Shown here in pieces: positions 12,577-23,700 of a stretch of DNA of 64,000 bases. The DNA lies in assembly GCF_036321535.1 (NCBI RefSeq), contig NC_087442.1, positions 60,388,001 through 60,452,000 on the forward strand, read 5' to 3'. Position 1 is the first letter of the stretch; the number at the start of each line of letters is the position of its first letter. Origin of the DNA: Camelus dromedarius (taxonomy: Eukaryota). The position numbers were made by a program, and so were the translations under genes. The notes below the pieces were generated by a model. The model did no database searches. It saw only the letters and a program-made list of their open reading frames with translations, and had not been told where the DNA came from.

Positions 12577-12774
12577 CACAAGTCAGCAACCTTTTTCTGT
12601 AAAAGGCCAGAGAGTAAATATTTTAGGTTGTGGGCTACTCTCTCCATCACAGCTGCTCAGCTCTGCTACAGTGGTATGAAAGCAGACTGTACAGAACTGT
12701 ATGAGTGTGCCTGCATTCCGTTAAGATTTTCTTTATAAAACAGGTAGAGGCCAGATTTGGTTTGATGACCTCTG
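12577..12774 (-). mobile_element. MER58A hAT-Charlie MITE
   Basis: gtcagcaacctttttctgtaaaaggccagagagtaaatattttagg; Charlie-type NTCTAGAN-like flanks (gtctagac / ttctaaaa). Confidence 0.82.
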
Positions 12775-12879
12775 TTCTAAAAGACCTGCACTGATTATCT
12801 ACAGAGACATACTTATTAATTCGTCCAAGAAACCTATTAAGTATCAATCACATGCCATATTCTTTGCTTGAGACCATAA

Positions 12880-13110
12880 ATACAAAGATGAATAAGATAC
12901 ATGAGAACACTCTGGCTCACACTTGACAACCATATTAATTATTATCATACACAAAGTGACAGAAGCAGAAATAATGGTGTGAAAATTACTCAAGAGAATA
13001 ATTCACTTTGCCTAGGAATGTGAAGGATGTATGTACAAAGGGTCCACTAAGGAAGGTGAGATTTAAGCTGTACTTTGAAAGACCAGAATTTCCTGGAGTG
13101 GAGTATGAGG
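12880..13110 (-). mobile_element. L2 fragment
   Basis: aggaaggtgagatttaagctgtactttgaaagac. Confidence 0.5.
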
Positions 13111-14004
13111 CAAGAAGCTAAACGTGAAGTCTAGTTTGTACTTGTGAGTACTGCTAACCCCCATTCTAGTTCCTTCATTGATGAACCAATGAGTTGTAAG
13201 GACCACACACATATAAACAGGTACACATAGAGGTAAATCAGGTCAACCATCCTTAACGTCTGCCGAGTCCAGGTCTCAAATTGTGGATTAGTATCACATA
13301 GCAAGGAAATTAAGGATTTTACAGAATGTTAGTCTCAAGTTGGATTTTGAGGACCATGAAGCTAGATCCCACTCTGTTAACCTATGTTGTATCAGTTTCT
13401 GCAACGTCATTACAATGGAAGCATGGAATTTCTCTAACGTTTTAATAATACTGAAGTCCATTTCTTGCGAATGACAGGAGAAGATGTGGTAACGGCAGTG
13501 CTGCAATGTGATAGGCAATTCATCAGTCAGCTCAGTCTACTGAGCATATTCATATACACATCCACTTCACTCCCATTCTATGTTCACTGAGCGATTTTCT
13601 GACATAGGAAGCTACCGACCAGGAAAACGAATGATGCTGGTTTTTATGTCATTTTTCCTCCCAAACTAAGTCAGAAAATTAGTATTCTGGTTTAGAAATT
13701 AGTGTTTTCTAAGTTCAAACAGCATGAATTGGTCACTCTGAACTTGACTGAATCTGAGTGTACTGGGTTCCTGGACTTAGAAAACTAAGGACTTTGATTC
13801 CCAGGACACTAGCTGGTAGCAGGCTACTGCCTGAGAGTCAGTTGTCTGACCATTCTTTTTGATATCTTTCAAGGTGCAACAAAGCCTGAGAGCAGAAGGC
13901 AAGAATATATAAAGCCTTCCCAGTTATTGGTGGTGGTGGTTGTGGGGTGTCAGGCACAGTCCATCACCAAACAAACAAGCAAAAAATCAAAGAGAGAGAC
14001 ACAG

Positions 14005-14145
14005 TCTGTAGCCTGCAAACTCCCTGAGGGAAAGGATAGAATCTTACCATTGCTTACTCAGCTGTTAGCATAATGCCTGACACAGAGTAGGTGCTGCTCA
14101 ATAACTATTTGTTGAATAAGTACATGAGTGAATGGATCAATGTTA
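14005..14145 (+). mobile_element. L2 3' end
   Basis: agcataatgcctgacacagagtaggtgctgctcaataactatttgttgaata. Confidence 0.72.
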
Positions 14146-14499
14146 ATGAACATGGAAGGCATAGAAAGTGCTTCAAGCCTGGAAACTTTTATTAAGGGAA
14201 GGATGTGAGGCACTGCTTGCACCTGGTCGTAGTTAACACCTAGCAATGGTTATCATACTAGTAACTGACTATAAAGTTATCACTTCTATAAAAGCTCTAT
14301 TAAGTGTCCCTTTCTAGTTACCTAGGAGCATGGTCAACCCAGGAAAATTAAAAATGGGTAAGCTCAAGTATTTGGTCTCTGGAGAAGAAATTACCCACCC
14401 CTTATTTCTTGGTTCTGCTTACTACAGATATTTTTTAATAGATTAGGCAGATTTTAATAGGTTAGGCAGAATAGATTATTTCTCTATGCCTGGTGCCTT

Positions 14500-14990
14500 T
14501 CTAAGTGGAAGCTATACAATATATTTCATATATCTGTGATTATTGGGTTACTGGATTATTCAGGTTTTCTTAGGCCAATTTGAGTACTTTTATTGTGGTA
14601 AGAAATCCTCTATTTCCTCTAGATTTTCAAATCTGCATAGAGTTTGCATGCTATCTTAAAATTTCTTTTAAAATCTCTATCTCCTTTCTTATTTCTAATG
14701 CTATGGGTATTTTGTTTCTGTGGTTTTTTTTAAACCTGTTCTTCCAGGAGGCTACTCACATGTATACACTTTCACTGCATTTTTTTGTGGGGGTGTTAAG
14801 AACAGGCCTTTTCATTTCAATAAAAATTCATTAAACTCAGCTTCTATCTTCATTATCCTCTCTTTTCTATTTTCTGATTTTGGTTGTTCTTTTCCTATTA
14901 TTTTGAATATTTACCTATTTATTTTCAGTATTTATTTTTAACAATAAAAGTACTTAAAGCCATACATTTTCCTCTGAGTACAATATACTG
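14500..14990 (-). mobile_element. Old L1 ORF2 fragment
   Basis: T-rich; tacttaaagccatacattttcctctgagtac and tatttcctctagattttcaaat are typical reverse L1 ORF2 text. Confidence 0.6.
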
Positions 14991-14994
14991 ACTG

Positions 14995-15300
14995 CCAGTT
15001 CAACTTTTGGAAATTTATTCCACGGAAATAAAAGCACCAGCATACAATAATGTAAAGCACCAGAATGCTTGTTATAGCTTTTTTCATAGTGGTAAGGGAA
15101 CAAGCAAATAAACAACACCACCCCCAGGGTACAGCCTAGATGTCCATCAATACTGCAATGGTTGACTCAGGTATATTATAGGCTCACTATAGAAGATTAT
15201 CTTGTCATTTAAATTTGCGTGTATTGCTCTAGAGGGATGCTCATAAAATGTATAAAACAAAACTGCAGAGTAAAGTCATCTGTAGAATTCACTTTTGGAA
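14995..15300 (+). mobile_element. Old L1 (L1ME-like) ORF2 end / 3' region
   Basis: cttttggaaatttattccacggaaata...cctagatgtccatcaa. Confidence 0.55.
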
Positions 15301-15372
15301 AAAAAGAAAAAGAAGTACATAAAACAAAACAGACACCAGAAAGTATTTTTGTTCATATATATATACATACAC

Positions 15373-15373
<1 letters not shown>

Positions 15374-15416
<43 letters not shown>
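15374..15416. repeat. (TG)21 microsatellite
   Basis: Read directly. Confidence 0.98.
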
Positions 15417-15418
<2 letters not shown>

Positions 15419-16142
15419 TGTGTATTTCAGATGTGAAAAATAATATAACCAAATCTACTTGGTTATTTTCAAGGAATGAGTCAGACGTGGTGAAGAAGAG
15501 AATGAACCTGTTTTTTTATACATCTCGGCATCAGTTAACTTGGTCAAACAAGAATTTATTATTTCTATAAATTAAACCATACAATTAAAAAGATGATAGT
15601 CTATTGACACCACTTTGAAATTCTGGTGTTAATTCTAGGAGCCTATTTTAAAATTTATTGACTAATCTCCCTGTATTATCTTTACCATAGCTTTTCTATC
15701 ACATTCTTTGCAATATAAATCATTACTGTGAAAATTTCTTCTAAGTACAAGCCAATTGATAGGTTAAGACCTACATTGCTTTCATCTTCATGTATATATT
15801 TTTTCTATATGATTATGTTGATGCTTATTGAAACTATGGGGTGCTATTATACAAAATCTCTAGAAGGCCTCCTGAAGAATTTCCTTCAATAGTAAACTTG
15901 TTGAGAGCTGAAGAAGTGAAAATACTAATCAGGTAGAAAAAGATTTAAAAAAAAATAAATAAATGGGATAAGGATGTTTGCGTCTCTCATAATATAAAAG
16001 GAATGCAATATCAATTAACAGCTGTGAAAAGACGCAGGCCCTTGATCATGAGGGAAAAAGCTGTTTTTTTTTTTTTAATTACACAAATTGAGGTGTTTGT
16101 GAAGTTACACAAAAGCAAAAACAACAACAAAATTAACTGTAC

Positions 16143-16437
16143 CTTTTTCTTGTAGTATTTTCTTGGTGGTAGCTTGACGGTGGCGAGGAGATTCTTCCAT
16201 ATCATGATCAGATTTTGAAGGTGAGGAGAGTGAAGTGTCTCCCCCAGTAGAGGAGGAAGGGTCCCTTTCTGAGTGCAGCAGTCCTTCTTGAAATTCAGCT
16301 ATGAGGTCAGGTGAGAAGGGCACACTGCCAGCCGCTGGAGTGAGGGATGGAGCACTAGAACCTGATTCTGGAGTTCGCAAACCCTTGGGCAGAAGTGATT
16401 TGGTAACATGCATGTGGTTACAGAAACTGTCTGAAGG
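16143..16437 (-). CDS. PPP1R9A: Neurabin-1 alternative exon G (295 nt, phase 0/1): PSDSFCNHMHVTKSLLPKGLRTPESG...KKILQEK
   Basis: Acceptor ccaacag|CCT, donor AAG|gtacag; resembles the long-isoform insert of human neurabin-1 as recalled. Confidence 0.9.
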
Positions 16438-16932
16438 CTGTTGGTATAAGAGATTATAAAGGAGGTTATGCCACTGAGCATCAGTCCCATATAATACTTA
16501 CTTTGAAATCAGATTGACCTTTTTTTAGTCACCAACTTTTGTTGGTTTACAGTTGAGATCGCATAGTTCACAACATTTCAACATATTACTATTGCAGCTA
16601 ACATAGACACCTAAGACATTTAGAAACAATTACTTGTACATTCATTATTTTCCACCAGGTAAAATCAACAGCTGAATATCAAAAGCACCATCATGAAAAA
16701 TGACAATATGGATAATGCTCTTGGTTAGTTCATTGAATGAGTACAGAAAGAATTTGAATTACAATAATACATCGAGCTGAGTAAGAACTTGCGAGACGAA
16801 GAAGTGAACTGTTCCACCTGTTTCCAACTAGAGCACAGAATCTGATTGCAGGAAAATCATTATCTTCAGTAAGCTGTAGGAACAAGCAGATAGCCCAACC
16901 TCGCAAGTCAGAATATGGTCAGGGGTGCTCAC

Positions 16933-17090
16933 CTTTCGCTCCAGACTGTCCTCCCCATCTGTTGAACTGACACTATCATAGAGTCTTGTCCTAGAGGGCC
17001 TCTGGCGTCTGTTCTTCACGGAGAGCTGGGCTCGGGTTTTCAATGCCTTTGAATCCAGGCGCTCTGTCTCTGGAACTGCTTCATTAAAGT
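16933..17090 (-). CDS. PPP1R9A: Neurabin-1 exon F (158 nt, phase 1/0): (D)FNEAVPETERLDSKALKTRAQLSVKNRRQRPSRTRLYDSVSSTDGEDSLERK
   Basis: Acceptor tttttcttag|AC, donor AAG|gtgagc. Confidence 0.96.
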
Positions 17091-17746
17091 CTAAGAAAAA
17101 AATATTGCAAAATAATCAGTGAGAGTCTGAAACCTTTGGAGAGTATGGAGAGAGGCCACAAAAATGGATAATAAAATCTCAAGATTATCGCTAACGCCAG
17201 GTAAATAACAGGTGACAACCATGGCAGCCTGTCTGGTATCCCACTGGTAACAAAAAAAATCAGTGAGATTTAGGAGAAATGTACAAAGCCTAAGGAAAGA
17301 AATCAACACTAAAGATGACCAAGGCAACAACAAAAATCTAACATCCAAAGAGCATAAAACCTTCCTACAACACAATTATAAAAAGCACTCATTTGTATTT
17401 ATTTACTTATTTACATGAATGCATGTTGGAATGGTGGATGGACAAAGATTCAGGAGGAAGGTGTATCAAAGCTGGGAGATCCTAGAAAGCAATTAAAAAA
17501 ACCTACAAAAGTAAGGTACCAGGTCAAGAGAGATAACAAAAGGTGACCATCAGCATAAATTTTCTATAGTAAAAGTTACCAATAGGCTGTAAGGACTGTA
17601 CCATTTTGGTCTTAATACATTTTTTTCCCACCCCAAACAGGGTTTCTGAAAATTTGGCTTATTCTTCTTTGAACTTTCTAGAAGAATTTATACCAAGGGC
17701 AAATTTTTGATAGCTGAGGAAATAAAACAAAGACAGTCTATAAAGC

Positions 17747-17764
17747 AAAAAAAAAAAAAAAAAA
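17747..17764. repeat. A18 homopolymer
   Basis: Read directly. Confidence 0.95.
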
Positions 17765-17789
17765 GGTAAATAACTGCCAGTACTTAATT

Positions 17790-18275
17790 TACTATATACA
17801 CAGGAATATTACTCAGACATAAAAAAGAATGAAATCTTGCCATTTGCAAGAGCATAGAGGAGGACCGAGAGGTATTATGCTGAGCAAAATAAGTCAGAGA
17901 AAGACAAATACTGTATGATTTCATTTATATGTGGAATCTAAAAAACAAATTGAATAAATATAACAAAACAGAAACAGAGTCTTAGGTACAGAGAACAAAG
18001 AGGTGGTTGCCAGAGAGGAGGTAGGTGTGGGAATGAATGACATAAGTAAGGGAGATTAAGCAGTACAAGCTTCCAGTTACAAAATAAAAGACTCATGGGG
18101 ATAAAATGTACAGAGTGGGGAATACAGTCAACAATAATATAATATCTTTTTATAGTAACAGATGGTAAGTAGACTTATTGTGATGATCATTTTGTAATGT
18201 ATAAAAATATCAAATCACTGTGTTGTGCACCAGGAAATAACAGTGTTGTAAGTCAATTACACTTAAAAACCAAAA
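17790..18275 (+). mobile_element. L1 ORF2 C-terminus and 3'UTR (laurasiatherian-type)
   Basis: aaaaagaatgaaatcttgccatttgca...aagacaaatactgtatgatttcatttatatgtggaatctaaaaaa...A-rich tail. Confidence 0.85.
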
Positions 18276-18289
18276 AACAGAAAAGAAAC

Positions 18290-18670
18290 CTAGCCAAACA
18301 AACAAACAGACTCATAGAAAAAGAGATCAGATTTGTGGTTACCAGTGGTGGGGGAATGGGGAAAAGGGGAATGGATGAAGGTGGTCAAAGTACTAGGGAT
18401 GTAATATACAACATGACAAATACAATTAATACTGTTGTATGTTATACATGAAAGTTAAGAGAGTAAATCCTAAGGGTTCTCATCACAAGTAAAAAATATT
18501 TTTTTCTTTTTCTTTTACTTTGTATCTATATGAGATAATGGATGCTCACTAAACTTATTGTGGTAATCTTTTCATAATGTATGTAAAATCAAATTATTAT
18601 GCTGTATGCCTTAAACTTACACAGTGCCACATGTCGATTGTATCTCAAAACTAGAAGAGAAAAAAATAAA
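18290..18670 (+). mobile_element. Second L1 3'UTR (L1MA9/10-like)
   Basis: agactcatagaaaaagagatcagatttgtggttaccag...gagagtaaatcctaagggttctcatcacaag...ccttaaacttacacagtg. Confidence 0.8.
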
Positions 18671-19809
18671 ATAGAAGAGCAGAAAAATTAAAAATTAAAA
18701 ATTAAAAAAAATCCCCTCAATTTCTTTTAGTTAAAAAACTTCTAAGTTTATATTCCGAATTATTTGTATATGCCTTTGCCTCATTTCTTTTTCCTGGACA
18801 CCTTCTCTTCGAGCCAGAAACGACACTGATTTTCCAGAGGAAAATGTTTAAGTCTTTAAATAAGAAGACTCAAAGGAAAAAAGAGAGTAAAGTGGAACAC
18901 ACACACAAAATGACCTGGTAAAGCCTGAAGGGGAGAGTCCAGTGCGGTTCTCTTTAGTCTGCTTCTCCCCACCCTTAATCTTGCCGCCCACAGTCTAAGT
19001 CAGGACTCCAAAGTTACCATTCTAAAAGGAAAGAGGAAAGGTTACCCATGCACACACCTAGGCACCGGGTGAGGAGGTGTTCTCAGGTTGAATTTATTTG
19101 GAATACTACTCGCTTACATTTGCATGTGTAGCCACTTAATTAATAATCAAGTGCTTCGGGGATTTAAATTATGAAAAAAAAAAGCAAATAAACTTACTTG
19201 CAGAAAATTAATATGTACTGATATTAATAGAGTAAAACAATTCCTCACAATAACCTTACCCCAGGAAATTCCTTTTCACAGTGTTATTATGAAAGTGTGC
19301 TCTAAATGTACTGAAAAAACAAAATAGGGAAGCACCTCAGGTTGTACTTTCCTTTCTATGGAACTTAGCACTTGGCATATGGTTCTAACACATAAAATTA
19401 AACATATTTTCCCCTAAGAGATACATCCACTGAATAACAATATTTACAGAAGGTTTGCGTTTTCATTTCCTATATTTGAAAGAAAAGCGAATATTCAGAA
19501 AAGTCACACTATTCAGGTATATTTAAAGGACAGATAAATATTTTCTAATCAGTAGTCTCTTTACTTTTCACATATCAATGGAGAAAAAATAATTTCCCTG
19601 ATCACTTTAATTTCCTCCTTCCAATAAAATCTAAACCTGCAGCTGCCCATTTAAAGTTGTGACAATCGGGAGAGAATCAACTTTACAAGCTCCTGTTTAC
19701 ATACAAGGCGTGGAAACACCACATGGAGGAAAGCAATAATATATTACATACACTGTCGTACACACATCTTACGGCTTATCTAACTCGTATCTGGGTTGTA
19801 CCATCTATA

Positions 19810-19990
19810 ACACCAAGCACTGTCATATACACCATGTCATTTCATCCTGACAACAACTCCAGGAGACAGAGCAGCCAAGTATGCTTTTTCCTCTCCTGAA
19901 GCTCAGAGAACTTGAGTGCCCTGTCCTCAGCCACACAGCTAGTCGATGAGCTGCCACGATTATTCTAGTTTTTTGACTCCTAGGCCACTA
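19810..19990 (-). mobile_element. MIR SINE
   Basis: tcatttcatcctgacaacaactcc...gctcagagaacttgagtgccctgtcc. Confidence 0.62.
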
Positions 19991-22331
19991 GTCTGTGCAC
20001 TCCACTTTAGCTCGTGCTGAACAAGTGATTAGAATTAAGATTTTAATGCACATACAGTCTAGTGTTTTTAGTTGTACGTTTATATATGATGTGACTAGTC
20101 TAGGAAATTCACTTCTCCAATGGAATATTATTAATCTTCCACATACATGTTAAGAGAGCATAAAACAGGAAGACATTGAAAACTACAGAAAAATTATTTC
20201 TCAGATGGTTTCTCGTTTGGTTGGTTTGATAACAGCCTTGGTTACTTGGTGACAAAAAGACCCATGAAGGAAGCCCATTCCACTTTTGTAAACATGGCTC
20301 ATTTGTAACAGAACCCCATGCCTGGCCTAGCGTAGTCCACGACATCCAGGATTGCAGTAGCCACCTCATCACTAGGTACTGAACAAATAAAGTGAGGGAA
20401 CATGAGAACTGCTTACTGGCAAGGTTTAGAGTACAGAGAATTATTCTGGGACCTCTGGACTCATTACTGTTCAGTAATTTGCCTGGGTGCTGCTGTTGGA
20501 CACCACGAAAATGGCAATCTGGTGTGTTTGCTTTAATATCAGCGAGCACTGACTAGGCGCAAACTGCTGGGACACACGCGTAACCGTGTCTATTAAACAT
20601 GAAGTCAGCCAGAGTCTGAAAAGCACTGCTTTAAATCCATTATCCAAGTGGCCAACAACAAACACATCACATCCAATTAACAATTTTTGAGGGCTTAAAA
20701 ACAAAGATCTCAGGGCCACTTTACAACAGTAATTAATGGATTACAAATCTATAATTTGTATTCCCATCCTGAGCGGGTAGGGGAATTGTTTTTTAAGTAA
20801 AGAATCAGACAAATGGAATGGAACTGAGAACTTTCACTTCACAGCTCTTAGACCAGAAGGAAGCTGGAAGAAACGGCCTTCCAGATGAAGCAGCTATTAG
20901 AGGTGATGTGTGGAACAGAAGGAAAATGCATACAGGACTTACGCTGCTGGGTACCTAGAAGGGTAATCTGAAGAGCACTAGAAATTACCTTTTTCTATCA
21001 TGTCACATAAGAATCAGAATATTACAATTCAAGCAAACCTTAGGGATTCTAGCCCAGCCTTGTTTCTCAGATAGGAAAACCAAGGCTCACAGGTTACCAA
21101 CTTGTCCACCAACTGTATCACACAATCTTTGGAAAACTGGACAGAGCTCATTTCTCAGAAGCCCACGCTCCTTCTAGAAGGTCCATCTCAAATCTGAAAG
21201 TAAACTTCAAAAGTAATCTTCTGCCTTCTTTGAAATTTCTTTTTAGCTTTACTTTGTGTTCCAAACAAAAACACCTGTCAAGGGCTAACTGCAAATTCCC
21301 ATAAGGATACAGCATGAGAAGAAAAAAAGCTGATGGATTTTATTTGACTTTGTATTTATCAAAGAAATAGAATTCTTACATAAAAAACTAGCTGTCAGTT
21401 TTGTGTATGTGGCAGGAGAAATCCAGCCGGCCGAATGTTCCTAAGTCAGTACAAGGGCTGAGGTGGCCATGCTCTCTTACTGTCATTCTTGCTCTGCAAA
21501 GACCTTAATCAACAGCATAACACTGCTTTCATGATCCAGGACCCTGGGTTCTTCTACCCCTTCCCTCCAGTGTATCTTGTTCTGCAGTCCATAAGATTTT
21601 CCTCTCTCCTTTCTTCTCTATTATTTCTTTCAAACACTTCAGACTCTGAAATAACCTATCTCTGACTCAAATGCAGCTAGAAATACAAAAGAAGAGCAGA
21701 CACGAGTGGATCAATAAATACAGACAGAAAATACAGAAAAGATATGAAATAGCTAATAGCTAATCCTAATGCAGTTTTGAGTGGGTGGGGCTCTACCTCA
21801 ATATACCTGCATATTAAAACTAGCTTCAATATTGCTTCACATTGGATACTTCAGAAGAATTTAATGGATTTGATTATGATTTTAGCAGCTGTTGTGAAAA
21901 ATGTTCTGAGAAATTAGGATGTTATACATCATATTACGCAGAGACTAGTTCCCTCCAGTAATGCTGTGAGTCATTCACTTTTTTCTCGAGATTGACGTTA
22001 TTTTTAACGTAAGTGGAATGCTGCCCACAGATCAGATATAGGCAGCAAGGGAAGTAGTAGGAAGTAGTAGGGGAATGGAGCAGCATAACAATGGGGTCTG
22101 TTCCGCATTCTCAGTGCATTATTCTCCTCAAAAACAGTCATCCCTTAATACCACCACACTGCCTGGCTACTGTCAGCAGAAATGCCCAGTATAATGAGGC
22201 ACTTGGTGGCGTCTTTAAATGTGAGCAGTATCTGCATTTCATTCACAGTCACTCTAAGTTCACAAAAGATAGGCCCGTGGGGCTTTGGGTTGACACATAC
22301 TGTGCTCAGAGGTAGGTTTATGTATCTCAGG

Positions 22332-22580
22332 GAGGCAATGTAAAATAGTTACCATAAGAGGAAACCCGGAGTTAGTCTTCCTTGAAGAGAATCCAAAACA
22401 GTGTTACTAAATTGGGCAATTTATCCAACCTCTCTTTCCCTCAGAATCCTCAGCTGCAAAGTGGGCATAATAACAATAACACAATAATAATTGCATTGTC
22501 CTGAAGATTAAATGCATTAATAGATATACAAGTGCTTGGGAGAGTGACTGGTACAAAATAAGCACTCAGTAAACGTCTTT
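22332..22580 (+). mobile_element. MIR SINE
   Basis: ttgggcaatttatccaacctctc...gaagattaaatg...agcactcagtaaac. Confidence 0.7.
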
Positions 22581-22614
22581 GTTTACTGGCATGACAAGGT
22601 TAGCAAGATATTTT

Positions 22615-22900
22615 TAAGTGATTAAAGCAAGTTGCAGAATATCATGTATATTCATTTTAAGTATTTAAAAAACAGCAACATAAAATACATTTTCTAATGG
22701 TAAATATGCATATAATTGCATAGAAAGAGAACTGGGAAGATACTGATAATGCTGGTTACCTCCAAAGAAGGTATTAGATTTGGAGATGCTGGTCAACAGG
22801 TACTTTAGTTTTATTTGTAATGGTAAAATTTTTTTGCATTAGGTATTAAAAAAAATTTATATACTACTTATGTAGTTAAAATTAGTAGAAAAGAAAAAAA
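22615..22900 (+). mobile_element. L1ME-like 3' end
   Basis: aagcaagttgcagaatatcatgtata...ctggttacctcc. Confidence 0.55.
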
Positions 22901-23559
22901 ACCATATATTCAGTACATTTTCTTTTACAGACATCTTAATTCCATTATAATCTGATAGCTCTGGTGTTTTAGGACTCGGTATTATCAGATGTTGAGATTA
23001 GCCCCGACTACTTTGTGACTGTGACTGTTAGCCTGCCCCAAGCGAGGAGGCTGTCCTTTTATGACATCTGTGGAGACGGTTTGCCTGTCTTGCTATTTTC
23101 CTGCCAGATGAACTGGCCTAAATAAGGTCCTATAGCTTAGCTTCCCTCCAGTTACTATTCTGTCCTAGTACTGATTGTATGGGGAAGATGTACTGAATCA
23201 GATATGGTCATTTAAGACCAAGTTATACAACTTCAACTCATCTTATGACAGCACTTTGGTTAGGAACCCATTCACGGGCAATTCCCACTCTGAACTCTGT
23301 TAATAGTTGGTTTCTTTATAACTACCCCAAATCTGATAACTTTTGTACTCCATGTGGTATTTATGAAAATTTATGACATTTTAGGAGGCTGATTTGATTT
23401 CTTACCATTTTAGAACACGCAGAAGATTATGGTTATTTCCTAATCTTTCAATTAGGCCTGAGTTCACTGTTGTGTGAACTAAACATATCATTTGCTAATC
23501 TTTGAAAAGTATTGAGGAATTCTTTTTACCTCTTTATCAATAAATGCAACCTCAAAACT

Positions 23560-23700
23560 ATCTGTATGGCCTTTGAAACATAATTTGGTTATTTGTTTTA
23601 ATGTAGTGCTTCCCCAGTGCAGTCTGATATTTAACTTAGCCTTCTTCAGCTTATGGTCAACCCACACTCCTATTCTCAAGGGGAGAGAGGTCCAAATTTC
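23560..23700 (-). mobile_element. L3/CR1 LINE fragment
   Basis: Translation IGVWVDHKL..KKAK resembles CR1 RT C-terminal LGVLVDHKL..KKAN. Confidence 0.45.

Noticed and set aside
13294-13518. ORF with QEMDFSIIKTLE, loosely like the pogo/Tigger QPMDQGIIKT motif
   Set aside because: The spacing does not fit well, and I found no other transposase motifs or TIRs; it needs an HMM search.
15219-15570. ORFs with CVCVCV runs
   Set aside because: They are translations of (TG)21 within L1 remnants.
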